NCBI GenBank assembly: GCA_043804515.1
Contig: JAZDIZ010000084.1
Coordinates: 1-40,356, forward strand
DNA length: 40,356 nucleotides
From: Pseudomonadota bacterium
Lineage (GTDB): Bacteria; Bdellovibrionota_G; JALEGL01; DATDPG01
Direction: 5' to 3'
Below the pieces are notes generated by a model. The model saw only the letters and a list, made by a program, of their open reading frames with translations, made no database searches and was not told the origin of the DNA. Shown piece by piece: positions 9,222 through 18,013 of the stretch. Position 1 is the stretch's first letter. Each line of letters begins with the position of its first letter. The position numbers were made by a program, and so were the translations under genes.

Positions 9222-9584
9222 ATGAAACGACTTACTTATCTCTTACTTCCAACTCTCTTTTGCACACTCATTGCCTGCGGCGGAGGGGGACCCAACGCGA
9301 CGGTCTGCAACGCCGCCACGACAAAGCTCTTCGCGGCGTGCGACCAGCACGACGCGGCCGATCAACAGACGATCTGGAACACGCTCCAGGGCATGGGCAT
9401 ATCGATCTCCTTCGCCGAGATTGAAGCGGCCACGCCGGGGGAGGTCGCGGGCGAGTGCGAGCAGGCGCTGAGCGAGACAACGATCACGGATGAGCAGGCA
9501 AGCACTTTCACGGCCGCGTTGAACGACCTGACCACCTGTGCAGAGGTTGTCAGCGCCATCACGCAGGGCTTCGCGCTTCTATAG
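9222..9584 (+). CDS. Small hypothetical lipoprotein
   Basis: AAGGAG RBS before ATG 9222. Signal peptide and lipobox MKRLTYLLLPTLFCTLIAC-GGGG. Helical body with four further Cys. Confidence 0.75.
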   Translation: MKRLTYLLLPTLFCTLIACGGGGPNATVCNAATTKLFAACDQHDAADQQTIWNTLQGMGISISFAEIEAATPGEVAGECEQALSETTITDEQASTFTAALNDLTTCAEVVSAITQGFALL

Positions 9585-9626
9585 GCAATATCTTTTCGCC
9601 CGAACGCGGGCCGGAGAACCAACGAT

Positions 9627-9667
9627 TCCCGGGAGTGCCGCTCTCGGGATTCAACCATCCTTTTTTT
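9627..9667 (+). terminator. Possible terminator hairpin
   Basis: 9-bp stem TCCCGGGAG/CTCTCGGGA (one G-U pair). The T7 run lies 11 nt downstream, so the geometry is not canonical. Confidence 0.25.
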
Positions 9668-9805
9668 GAATTCGGCGTCGGGAAATTCGGGCGTCTTCCT
9701 CGCGCCCCCTGCACTCCCCTGCCTGGCCACACAAATGACGCGTTCAGGAGAATGTGACCTGCGTCGATACCGAGTGTAAAATTATGAGATACGGGGAGGT
9801 ATCTT

Positions 9806-10858
9806 ATGCATCGAGCGCTATTTATCGGATTGATTCTTCTCGGTCTTTTCGGCCTTTTGAGTTGTGGCGGCGCTGACTCGAACGACGGGAGTACGGAGAC
9901 TCTGTTCCTCGACGCCGCCAAGCAGACCGCCCCCGCTTTTGCGGCGGCCGCGGCGAATTCCAAACTGGTTTCGTGGATCCGTCCCACGACTCCATTGATT
10001 CGAAACGCGACGACGTTCGGCGCCGGGTCCCCGCTCTACGCGGCTTACAACCTGATGCGGGATTACGAGTATCCTCGCGACGAGGGACGGATCGACATGA
10101 CCAACATGTACAAGGTGATGTTCGAGGCCGGAAACGCGTATATGCGCGCCGTCAACGAATGCACCGTCATGTCGGAGCAGGAGGTCTCCTCCCCGTTCGA
10201 TTTCGGCCTGGCCGAAACGTACGACTGCGCCGGCAATTTCCGGGACCAGGAGCCGAACTACGGATCCGGTTGCGCGATCCGGGAGAGCGGCGGCATCAAG
10301 CACGCTCTGACCGGATTCAAGTGGGCGCCGACGCCGACCGAGCAGGTCTCGCTCGGCACCCTGCAGGGGCACATCGACACCGGGACGAACGACCTCCTGA
10401 TGCACATGGTGAACCTGGTGACCTACCCGGCCGGCAGCGCGATGGGGGGCGAAACCGGAAGCGGCTTCTCGGTCCGAAGTTTCATCTCCGGCAACTCGAC
10501 CGACCATTCCTTCGAACTGAAATCGGTAGTGACCGGGACCAGCGCGGACGGTTCCTGGACCAGCCTCGTTGGAAAAGGGATCTCAAGGGGGGCCGGCAAC
10601 CATTTCCTCTTCCGGGTCTGGGTAGGGAGCGGGGATGACACGAACATGGACGGGAAGTATTTCTGCATCGAGGCGACGGCGGACGAAACGGCGTTGAGCG
10701 AAATGGACCAGAACGGGTCCGACACGGTAGACGAGGCCTGCAACGCATACCAAGATCGGGTCGACGCGCTCGCGAATGAACGATTCACGCGGACCGACGC
10801 CCCGTTGACGGAGTCCGATTTCACCGACTCGTCGATTTATCTGAGTATTGCGGGGTGA
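9806..10858 (+). CDS. Hypothetical lipoprotein
   Basis: GGAGG RBS. Signal peptide with lipobox LLSC-GG. 350 aa with strong GC3 codon bias and no family I recognise. Confidence 0.8.
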   Translation: MHRALFIGLILLGLFGLLSCGGADSNDGSTETLFLDAAKQTAPAFAAAAANSKLVSWIRPTTPLIRNATTFGAGSPLYAAYNLMRDYEYPRDEGRIDMTNMYKVMFEAGNAYMRAVNECTVMSEQEVSSPFDFGLAETYDCAGNFRDQEPNYGSGCAIRESGGIKHALTGFKWAPTPTEQVSLGTLQGHIDTGTNDLLMHMVNLVTYPAGSAMGGETGSGFSVRSFISGNSTDHSFELKSVVTGTSADGSWTSLVGKGISRGAGNHFLFRVWVGSGDDTNMDGKYFCIEATADETALSEMDQNGSDTVDEACNAYQDRVDALANERFTRTDAPLTESDFTDSSIYLSIAG

Positions 10859-10940
10859 CTCGGCGGAGGGAAGAGGCTGGGACTCAGGCAGGATTCCCAA
10901 GAGCGTTGGCTCAAGAAATGATCAGACCCGAATAAGACAT

Positions 10941-12365
10941 CTACCCGAGTATCGTTCTGACGACGTCCGCCGCGGTGTAGGAAAGGTTGCCGTTCAAGAG
11001 GAATCGCTTGACGAGGTTCACGTCGTCGCCGATCGTGACGAGCGGTTTTTCGACCGACTCGTCGCTCTGAAATTGTCCCAAACCGATATTGGCCATAAGG
11101 GAGTTGCAGAGACACTTCCGCCCCTCGGTCTCTTCGACCTTCCCCCCTTTTGATACGTAGGCGCTCTGCGGTTCCGCGGGGCAACGATACCCCAGGCTCC
11201 CGTCTTCTTTCCGGTAGGGCGTCCGGAGATATCCCATATCGCAGACACGATGCCGTTCCTCGTAGACCGCAGGCTCCGACATCGTGCCCGCGAGCCTCGC
11301 AATTTTGAACGGGTAGCCCGTCGGCGAAGCATCCGGATCGGTGAAGACATCCACTCCCCCGTTCGCGGCCTGCCGCAAGAGCTCCGTTTTCAATTCCTCG
11401 GACAGGCTCGACTCCCGGCAGAGCGCAAACGGCGTTCCGACCTGAATCCCGTTCGCCCCGAGTTCCAGAGCCGTCCGGAGCCCTTCCGGGCTTCCGTACG
11501 AACCCGCAAGCCAGAAAGGAAGCCCGAGCGACCGGATCTTCTCCAGGTCAACCTCATCCTTCACGCCGTAAACCGGCTCCCCGCGCGTGTTGTGCTGAAC
11601 TTCCCCTCGAGGAGGCGCGTTGTGGCCTCCCGCGGTGGGCCCTTCGATCACAAAACCGTCCACCACCCCCGTCGCCTTCTTCACGAGCGTGAGAGCCAAC
11701 GCGTTGGAAGAGATAATGGCGAAAAACCTCGGCCGCTCCATCCTCGGGAGATCGGTGCCCATCACCTCGAGCGGCGAAAACGACATGTGATAAGCATCCT
11801 CCGGCATCGCTCCGGCGACCGTGAGGCGCAGATCCGCCGTCTCTTGCCGTGCGAGCTTATCGATCGCCCCCGGGATCTCCCGCGGGATCCCCGCCCCCAT
11901 GAGAACCACACCGGCACCCGCCAGCATCGCCCCGTAGAGACTCGCCAGCGTCGCCATCTGAATCTTTTCCAGGTAGTTGATTCCTACCGTTCCGCTGTGC
12001 CCCTCTTTCGCCAGAAACACTTCCACAAAATTGGAGAGCACCAGAAGCTGCTTCGCTTCGACCGAAGGCGTTGCGGAGAGCAGCGGCAACCGTTCGAACG
12101 ACTCCGAGGGAGATTTCCCGGAAGGACGAAAATATTTCCTGTAGATCCACTCCGCGATCTCCGGAACGGGAAATGCCTTCATGGCCCGCCGCAGATGTTC
12201 CCCGACGTCCCCGTTCTGCAGCCGACGGACGAACACGGTATCGAGGCCGGTTCCGGAAACCACCCCGAGCTGCCCAAGCCGAGAAACGGCCCGGGCGAGC
12301 CGCCACGAGGAGACTCCGGCCCCCAGTCCGCCCTGTATGATTTTCGGTTCAGCCCCGACGGCCAT
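10941..12365 (-). CDS. Nitronate monooxygenase / 2-nitropropane dioxygenase-like FMN oxidoreductase
   Basis: PKIIQGGLGAGVS, MGAGIP, EGPTAGGHNAPPRG, GIQVGT, SPTGYPFK. Confidence 0.85.
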   Translation of the reverse strand: MAVGAEPKIIQGGLGAGVSSWRLARAVSRLGQLGVVSGTGLDTVFVRRLQNGDVGEHLRRAMKAFPVPEIAEWIYRKYFRPSGKSPSESFERLPLLSATPSVEAKQLLVLSNFVEVFLAKEGHSGTVGINYLEKIQMATLASLYGAMLAGAGVVLMGAGIPREIPGAIDKLARQETADLRLTVAGAMPEDAYHMSFSPLEVMGTDLPRMERPRFFAIISSNALALTLVKKATGVVDGFVIEGPTAGGHNAPPRGEVQHNTRGEPVYGVKDEVDLEKIRSLGLPFWLAGSYGSPEGLRTALELGANGIQVGTPFALCRESSLSEELKTELLRQAANGGVDVFTDPDASPTGYPFKIARLAGTMSEPAVYEERHRVCDMGYLRTPYRKEDGSLGYRCPAEPQSAYVSKGGKVEETEGRKCLCNSLMANIGLGQFQSDESVEKPLVTIGDDVNLVKRFLLNGNLSYTAADVVRTILG

Positions 12366-12549
12366 TCATCCCATTCTTATCAGAAAAAGGGGCGGTGTCG
12401 TACGAATCGTTTTGGATCCAGATCGAACCGGCCTCACCCGGGGAATCATGTCCCTCTTCGAACCAATTCTATTGCCGTCCCCCCGCATGGAGCCGGGAAT
12501 GCCCTAGGTGAACATAGGTCTATTTGGGTTCAAGCGCGTCCCCAGTCCC

Positions 12550-13521
12550 TTACAGGGGGAAACGTTCCGGCCGGCCACAGCGATCGAGCCAATTCAGCAT
12601 CGCCCGAACGCTTCCGTCGGCCACGGCGATGCTTGTGTCGGCCGCTCCGTAGTAGAGGTGAATCGTGTCTCCATCGGCATCCAGCGTAAGCCCGCACGGG
12701 AAGACGACGTTCGCCACGTCCCCACTGCGCTCATAGCTCTCTTCGGGACCGAAAACCCACGTGTCGCCTCGCAGAAGACAATGTTCCAGACACTTGAGAT
12801 CCAGAAGCGCCAGGCCCAGCCGGTAAAGACCTCCGGCGGCCGTTTGGCGCATGCCGTGGTAGATCATGAGCCAGCCGTTCGGCGTTTCGATGAGCGGCGG
12901 TGAAAGGCCGATCTTGTTGGCGTCCCACCAAGCCCCCCTGCGAGCCTGAAGCACGAGCTTGTGACTCCCCCAATGCCGTAGATCGGGCGAATACGAACTC
13001 CAGATGTGCGCTCCGAGCGGGGTGGAAGGACGGTGCATCAGCACCCAGCGCCCCTCGATGCGATGGGGAAGAAGCGCGGCATCCTTGTCCTCAGGAGGCA
13101 TCACGACCCCCAGGCGTTCAAACGTGCGGAAGTCTTCGGTCAACGCAATCGAGACGCCCGGTCCGCCCCTGGAAAACGACGTGTACACGACCGCGTATTT
13201 CTTCAACTCAGGGAGATATGTGATCCGAGAGTCCTCGATTCCCCACACCTCCTCGGGATGATTCTCCAGATCGGGCTTGAGCGTCGGCTGAGAATCGACT
13301 TCCCAACCGTCGACTCCGTTCTTCGAGCGCGCGGCGCAGAGATGCGAATGCCCGGTACGATCCTCCACCCGGCAGAGAAGCAGCGTGGTTCCGTCGCCCA
13401 GACGCGTTGCCCCGGCGTTGAAGACCGTGTTTACGGCATACGGCCAATCGGCGGCCGAAAGAATGGGGTTTCGTTCACTCCGGGCGAAAAGAGCATCGTA
13501 ATTCTTTTGACCACCGCTCAT
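12550..13521 (-). CDS. GH130-family glycosidase/phosphorylase
   Basis: NPIL, VFNAGA, GIEDSRI, KDAALLP, HRP, IYHG, YRLG, NVVFPCG, YYGAAD. Start placed at MSGGQ (13521), downstream of the GT4 stop. Confidence 0.9.
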   Translation of the reverse strand: MSGGQKNYDALFARSERNPILSAADWPYAVNTVFNAGATRLGDGTTLLLCRVEDRTGHSHLCAARSKNGVDGWEVDSQPTLKPDLENHPEEVWGIEDSRITYLPELKKYAVVYTSFSRGGPGVSIALTEDFRTFERLGVVMPPEDKDAALLPHRIEGRWVLMHRPSTPLGAHIWSSYSPDLRHWGSHKLVLQARRGAWWDANKIGLSPPLIETPNGWLMIYHGMRQTAAGGLYRLGLALLDLKCLEHCLLRGDTWVFGPEESYERSGDVANVVFPCGLTLDADGDTIHLYYGAADTSIAVADGSVRAMLNWLDRCGRPERFPL

Positions 13522-13541
13522 GCGCGACTCCAATTCTCGTT

Positions 13542-15815
13542 CTAGATTTCCAACACTTGTTCGGCCAATCTGAGTTCCAACAGCGCCATCAAAAATGCCA
13601 ACGTCGATTCGGCTCCCTGGTTCTGATTCACTCGATCGGAATGAAGCCCGTCCCTGCAACCGCCGGTAGAGGGATCATAGAGCGGAAGCCTCAGGTCGTT
13701 GCGGCCCAAAAACCATTCAAACGTGAGCTGCGCATCCTTCCGCCACTTTTTATCACCCGTGATGCGGTACGCATCCAGGCACGCGGACACCATGGCTTGC
13801 GCCTCGATCGGCTGCTGATCGAACCGCGCCCGTTCACCTCCCCGGCGATAGAATCCGATCGATCCGATCGGAACGAAGTGCCCGTCGTTGATCCCCTGGA
13901 TGGAGCCGAGCCACGAGAGCGCCCGAAGCCCCGTTTCGATGTATGCGGGGCGCGCCATGGCGCGGCCTGAAACAATAAGTGCCTGGGCGAGCGTGGCATT
14001 CGAGTACGTCAAGATATCCTCGAACCAGGCCCAGTCCTCGGACGCGTTGTGGGCGAACATCTCCATCAGACGCTCGGCGAGCATCTCCTGCATTTGACGG
14101 GCGTCGCGGTCGCCGGCATAACGCTTGAGGTAATCGTGCAACCCGAGAAGCGTGAACGCCCACGAGCGCGGGCTCGTGCAGTCCTTCATCGCCTTCAGAG
14201 CCGTGTTGAACAGTTGTCCCGCCAGGGCGGCCCGCTCCGGATCCCGCGACCGGCCCGACACGCTCCCCAAGGCCCAGAGCGCACGCCCATGGCTGTCGTC
14301 CGAACCCTTTTCCTCCGACCAATGCCGGTCGAAACCCAGAAAATTTCGAAAGCGGCCGTTTTCGGAATTGTATGCGTAAAACACAAAGGCCAGATACCGG
14401 GCAGGCAGGTCTTCCGTCTGCTGAACTTCCTCTTCCTCCCCGAGGTCTTCGAGGAGCACCGTAAGGATCAAGCCCCGGGTGTTGTCGTCGGTAGTATATC
14501 CCTCCCGGTAGTTGGGGATCGTGTGAATCGCGTGCTGGAAAAGGCCGGTTTCATCGGTGAGGCGATTCAGGTGTTCCAGAGACAACGGGGGCAATTCGGC
14601 CGGGCTCTGGCCCAGCGTGCGGACCGAAAAAGGCTTCGGCCGCCGCCGCCGATGGTCCCGCACTTCCTCGAAGGCCTGCATGTATCCTGCGGCCACTTTC
14701 GGCCAGACCATCTCCCGGCCGAAGAGATACGCCCGCTTCCGGATGGCATGCCGGTCGGCTTCCGTCGCAAGGAGTTCGATCACGCGGCCTGCGATGGCCT
14801 GCGAGTCCCGAAAGGGGACCAGGATTCCGCGGCCCTCGGCGAGGAGTTCTTCGGCGTACCAATACGGCGTGGAAATCACCGGCTTCCCGGCCGCCACCGT
14901 ATAGGCGAGCGTTCCGGAGCAGATCTGCTCGCGGTTCAAATAAGGCGTCACATAGAGATCCGCGGCTCCGATAAACTCCACCAGTTCCTCGATATCCACG
15001 AAGCGGTTGTGGAAAACGACGCTTCGATCCACTCCCAAGTCCTTGGCCAATCGCTCAAGTTGCAAACGATAGAGTTCGCCGTTCTCCTTGCGCACATTCG
15101 GATGCGTCGCTCCGACCACGACGAAAACCAGGTTGGGGTATTGCTCCAGAATCGCCGGGAGAGCTTCAATCACGTACTCGATCCCTTTGCTGGGCGAGAG
15201 CAACCCGAACGTGAGAAGGACGATCTTCCCTTCCACGCCGAAGCGGTCCTTGTGAAAACTGGGATCCACGAACGGGACATCGGGTGTCCCGTGATGGATC
15301 ATCTGGATCCTGTTCGACGGGACATGGTAAACCTCTTCGAGAAACTTCAGACCCCGCCGGCTCATCACCACCAATCGATCCGAGAGCCGTGTCAGTTCCT
15401 CCATCACCTTTTTCTGATTCGGGTCCGGTGTCTCCAAAATCGTATGGAGCGTTGTGACCACCGGCATCCGGAGTTCACTCAAAAGCGCCAGAATGTGGCT
15501 TCCCGCCCTCCCCCCGTAGATCCCGTATTCGTGCTGCACGCAAACGACATCCACATTGTTGATGTTCAGAAAATCGGCGGCCCGCCGATAGGAGGAGAGA
15601 TCGTCCTGGGCGATCTCAAAACGCACGCGGGAAGGGTAGTCGTACCCTTCGTCCGTATCGTTCACGGGGGCGGCAAACACCTGGGTGTCGGGGAACTGGG
15701 CTGAAAGGGCCTCGCAGAGATCCGTGGTGAACGTCGCAATCCCACACTGGCGCGGGAGGTAATCGCCGATCACCGCGATCCGCTTGATCCCTGGAGTGCC
15801 CGCGGATTCCGTCAT
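13542..15815 (-). CDS. GT4-family glycosyltransferase with C-terminal six-hairpin glycosidase-like domain
   Basis: N-terminal GT-B motifs PRQCGIATF, QHEYGIYGG, TFGLLSPSKG, SGTLAY. C-terminal motifs GYTTDDN, FDQQPIEA, GCRDGL, NQGAEST. Confidence 0.9.
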   Translation of the reverse strand: MTESAGTPGIKRIAVIGDYLPRQCGIATFTTDLCEALSAQFPDTQVFAAPVNDTDEGYDYPSRVRFEIAQDDLSSYRRAADFLNINNVDVVCVQHEYGIYGGRAGSHILALLSELRMPVVTTLHTILETPDPNQKKVMEELTRLSDRLVVMSRRGLKFLEEVYHVPSNRIQMIHHGTPDVPFVDPSFHKDRFGVEGKIVLLTFGLLSPSKGIEYVIEALPAILEQYPNLVFVVVGATHPNVRKENGELYRLQLERLAKDLGVDRSVVFHNRFVDIEELVEFIGAADLYVTPYLNREQICSGTLAYTVAAGKPVISTPYWYAEELLAEGRGILVPFRDSQAIAGRVIELLATEADRHAIRKRAYLFGREMVWPKVAAGYMQAFEEVRDHRRRRPKPFSVRTLGQSPAELPPLSLEHLNRLTDETGLFQHAIHTIPNYREGYTTDDNTRGLILTVLLEDLGEEEEVQQTEDLPARYLAFVFYAYNSENGRFRNFLGFDRHWSEEKGSDDSHGRALWALGSVSGRSRDPERAALAGQLFNTALKAMKDCTSPRSWAFTLLGLHDYLKRYAGDRDARQMQEMLAERLMEMFAHNASEDWAWFEDILTYSNATLAQALIVSGRAMARPAYIETGLRALSWLGSIQGINDGHFVPIGSIGFYRRGGERARFDQQPIEAQAMVSACLDAYRITGDKKWRKDAQLTFEWFLGRNDLRLPLYDPSTGGCRDGLHSDRVNQNQGAESTLAFLMALLELRLAEQVLEI

Positions 15816-15957
15816 TCCGCCCTTTCTACGCCTTTGAGGGCCGAGATACTAGAAACAGCGCCGTTGCGGTCGCCGTCCCCCGCGTGTAGCCAATCGTACC
15901 CTATGTGGTTGGGCAATTCCTTGCTGTTTCCACCGGTAGGACTCGGCGCGAGGGGCG

Positions 15958-17157
15958 CTAACCCCTCTGGGAGATCGGAATGTACTTCCTCATTTGTTCC
16001 AGTGTCGGCCCTGTATAGACCTGCGTGGGCCGGTAGATGGGGGCGTTCGAACCCCTCTGTCTCCGGATGTTCGCGATCCAGCCGAAGTGCCGACTGGCCT
16101 GAAAGAGCGGCGTGTTGATGTCCAACGGCATTCCCATCGCCCGCAGCAGAAGCGCCACGGGGAAATCGAGGTTGGGAGCGCGTTCCTTTTCCTCCAACAT
16201 CACCTTCTTGACGATGTCGTAGATCTCCACGAGGGAACCCAACCCCTTTTTCAGCGCCAGAGGTTTGGCGATGCTCTCCGTGATCCGCACGCGGGACTCC
16301 ACGTTTCCCTTGTAGTGCGCCAGACGATGCCCGAAGCCGAACACGATCTCTTTTCGACTCAGCTTCCCGAGGATGTAGTCGCGCGCATCCTGCGGTCTCT
16401 TGATCTCGTCAAACATCACCGCGGCGAGGTCGTTCGCCCCGCCGTGCAACACGCCTTTCAACGCCACCGAGGCCGCGATCTGCGGGCCGTACGGGTCGAC
16501 GCCGGAGGACTCCGCCACCAGGGCCGTGAAGGTGGAGCAGTTGATCGTGTGGTCCAGGTAAAGGATCAACACGGTGTTGAAGGCGTTCGTGTACTCCTCG
16601 TCGGGCGCAAACCCGAGCATCTTCAGGATATTTTCCGCATAAGAGAGCTGCCGGTCGGGTGGAATCGGGTTTTTTCCGTTGAGCATCCGATAGCCGTAAC
16701 AGAAAATCGCCGGGATCTTCGCTCCCGTCCGGATTCCGGCATCCAGCATCAGATTCGACCGAGGGGACGGGTCCCCCGTGATTCTCCGCCATGCGTCACT
16801 CTGATACTCCCGGTCGTACATCCTCGCGTACGAGAAGGCCGTCAGGACCAGATCCATCAGATGGACGTGTTTCGGGTACGTCTTGAGGTGCTCCACCACT
16901 TCGGGGGGAAGCGGCATGTTGTCATTCAGGAGGTTCGTGAACTCCTCCAGTTCCCGCCGATTCGGGAGATGACCATGCAGGATCAGGTAAACGCTCTCCT
17001 CAAACGGTCCCTTTACCAGGTCCCAGATGCTGTAACCCCGGTACATGAGAATCGGGTTTCCCTCCCTGTCGACGGTCGTCTCCGAAATGTCGGACGTGCA
17101 GACGGGGACGTTGGCCAACCCCGTGTCAACGGTCTTGATTTCGCTTCCGGTCATCAC
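15958..17157 (-). CDS. prpC: Citrate synthase family, probable 2-methylcitrate synthase
   Basis: YRGY, DHTINCST, LHGGAN, GFGHR, PNLDF and RP motifs. Directly downstream of prpD-prpB; the specificity is inferred from this context. Confidence 0.8.
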   Translation of the reverse strand: MMTGSEIKTVDTGLANVPVCTSDISETTVDREGNPILMYRGYSIWDLVKGPFEESVYLILHGHLPNRRELEEFTNLLNDNMPLPPEVVEHLKTYPKHVHLMDLVLTAFSYARMYDREYQSDAWRRITGDPSPRSNLMLDAGIRTGAKIPAIFCYGYRMLNGKNPIPPDRQLSYAENILKMLGFAPDEEYTNAFNTVLILYLDHTINCSTFTALVAESSGVDPYGPQIAASVALKGVLHGGANDLAAVMFDEIKRPQDARDYILGKLSRKEIVFGFGHRLAHYKGNVESRVRITESIAKPLALKKGLGSLVEIYDIVKKVMLEEKERAPNLDFPVALLLRAMGMPLDINTPLFQASRHFGWIANIRRQRGSNAPIYRPTQVYTGPTLEQMRKYIPISQRG

Positions 17158-17167
17158 GCACCTTCCT

Positions 17168-18013
17168 TTATTTGGGTTGATACTTCAGAAGCCTGTTGAT
17201 TTCGTCCCTGGGCATCATCTCCCGGAGAATCGTGCCTTGATGGCCTTCCTTCCGCAGGACCTCCAGGGCCTCGGCCATTCTTCCCGCGGCGAGCCGAAAG
17301 AGCGTAACCGGAAAGATCACGATGTTAAATCCCATCTCCTCAAACTCCTGCCAACGAATCAAGGGGGTTGTTCCGAACTCCGTCATGTTGGCCAGCAACC
17401 AACCGCTCACCGCCTCCCGGTATTTCACGAACTCCCCCCGGTCCCGCAACGATTCGGGGAAAATCACGTCCGCGCCCGCCGCCCGATACGCCTTTCCCCT
17501 CTCGATGCTCTCCCCGAGTTGGTTTTCTTCCGCGATGTTGGCCGCACTGCGCACGTCGGTCCGGGTGATGAGCAGGAAATCCCGGTTCAGCGCGCACCGC
17601 GCTCCATCGGCCGCGCAAATTCTCGCGATCATCTCTTCGCGGGACACCACTTCCTTCCCCGGCAAATGCCCGCACCGTTTCGGGAAACGTTGGTCTTCGA
17701 TCTGGATGCCCGCCACACCGCATTCGATGTAGGTCTTCACCGTCTTCTCCACGTCATCGAAACCGGTGTCCGCGTCGCACACGACGGGAATCGTGAGCCC
17801 CTTGCAGATTGCCCGGGCGGCATACGCGAAGTCGCTCAGACCCAGCGTGCCGTCATCCGGGACGCCCATGCTGTTCGACAGCGCCGCGCCCGAGAGGTAG
17901 GCACCGTCGTATCCGGCCCTCTCGATGAGCCTGGCCGTGAAGGCGTTGTGCGCCCCCGGCAGGACGAGGGTCCTTCTCAGCTTGAGGCGCTCTCTGAGTC
18001 CACTCCCGCTCAT
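17168..18013 (-). CDS. prpB: 2-methylisocitrate lyase
   Basis: YLSGA, DADTGF, IEDQ..PKRCGH, LLANMTEFG.TP. The ATG at 18013 overlaps the prpD stop (ATGA). Confidence 0.9.
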   Translation of the reverse strand: MSGSGLRERLKLRRTLVLPGAHNAFTARLIERAGYDGAYLSGAALSNSMGVPDDGTLGLSDFAYAARAICKGLTIPVVCDADTGFDDVEKTVKTYIECGVAGIQIEDQRFPKRCGHLPGKEVVSREEMIARICAADGARCALNRDFLLITRTDVRSAANIAEENQLGESIERGKAYRAAGADVIFPESLRDRGEFVKYREAVSGWLLANMTEFGTTPLIRWQEFEEMGFNIVIFPVTLFRLAAGRMAEALEVLRKEGHQGTILREMMPRDEINRLLKYQPK

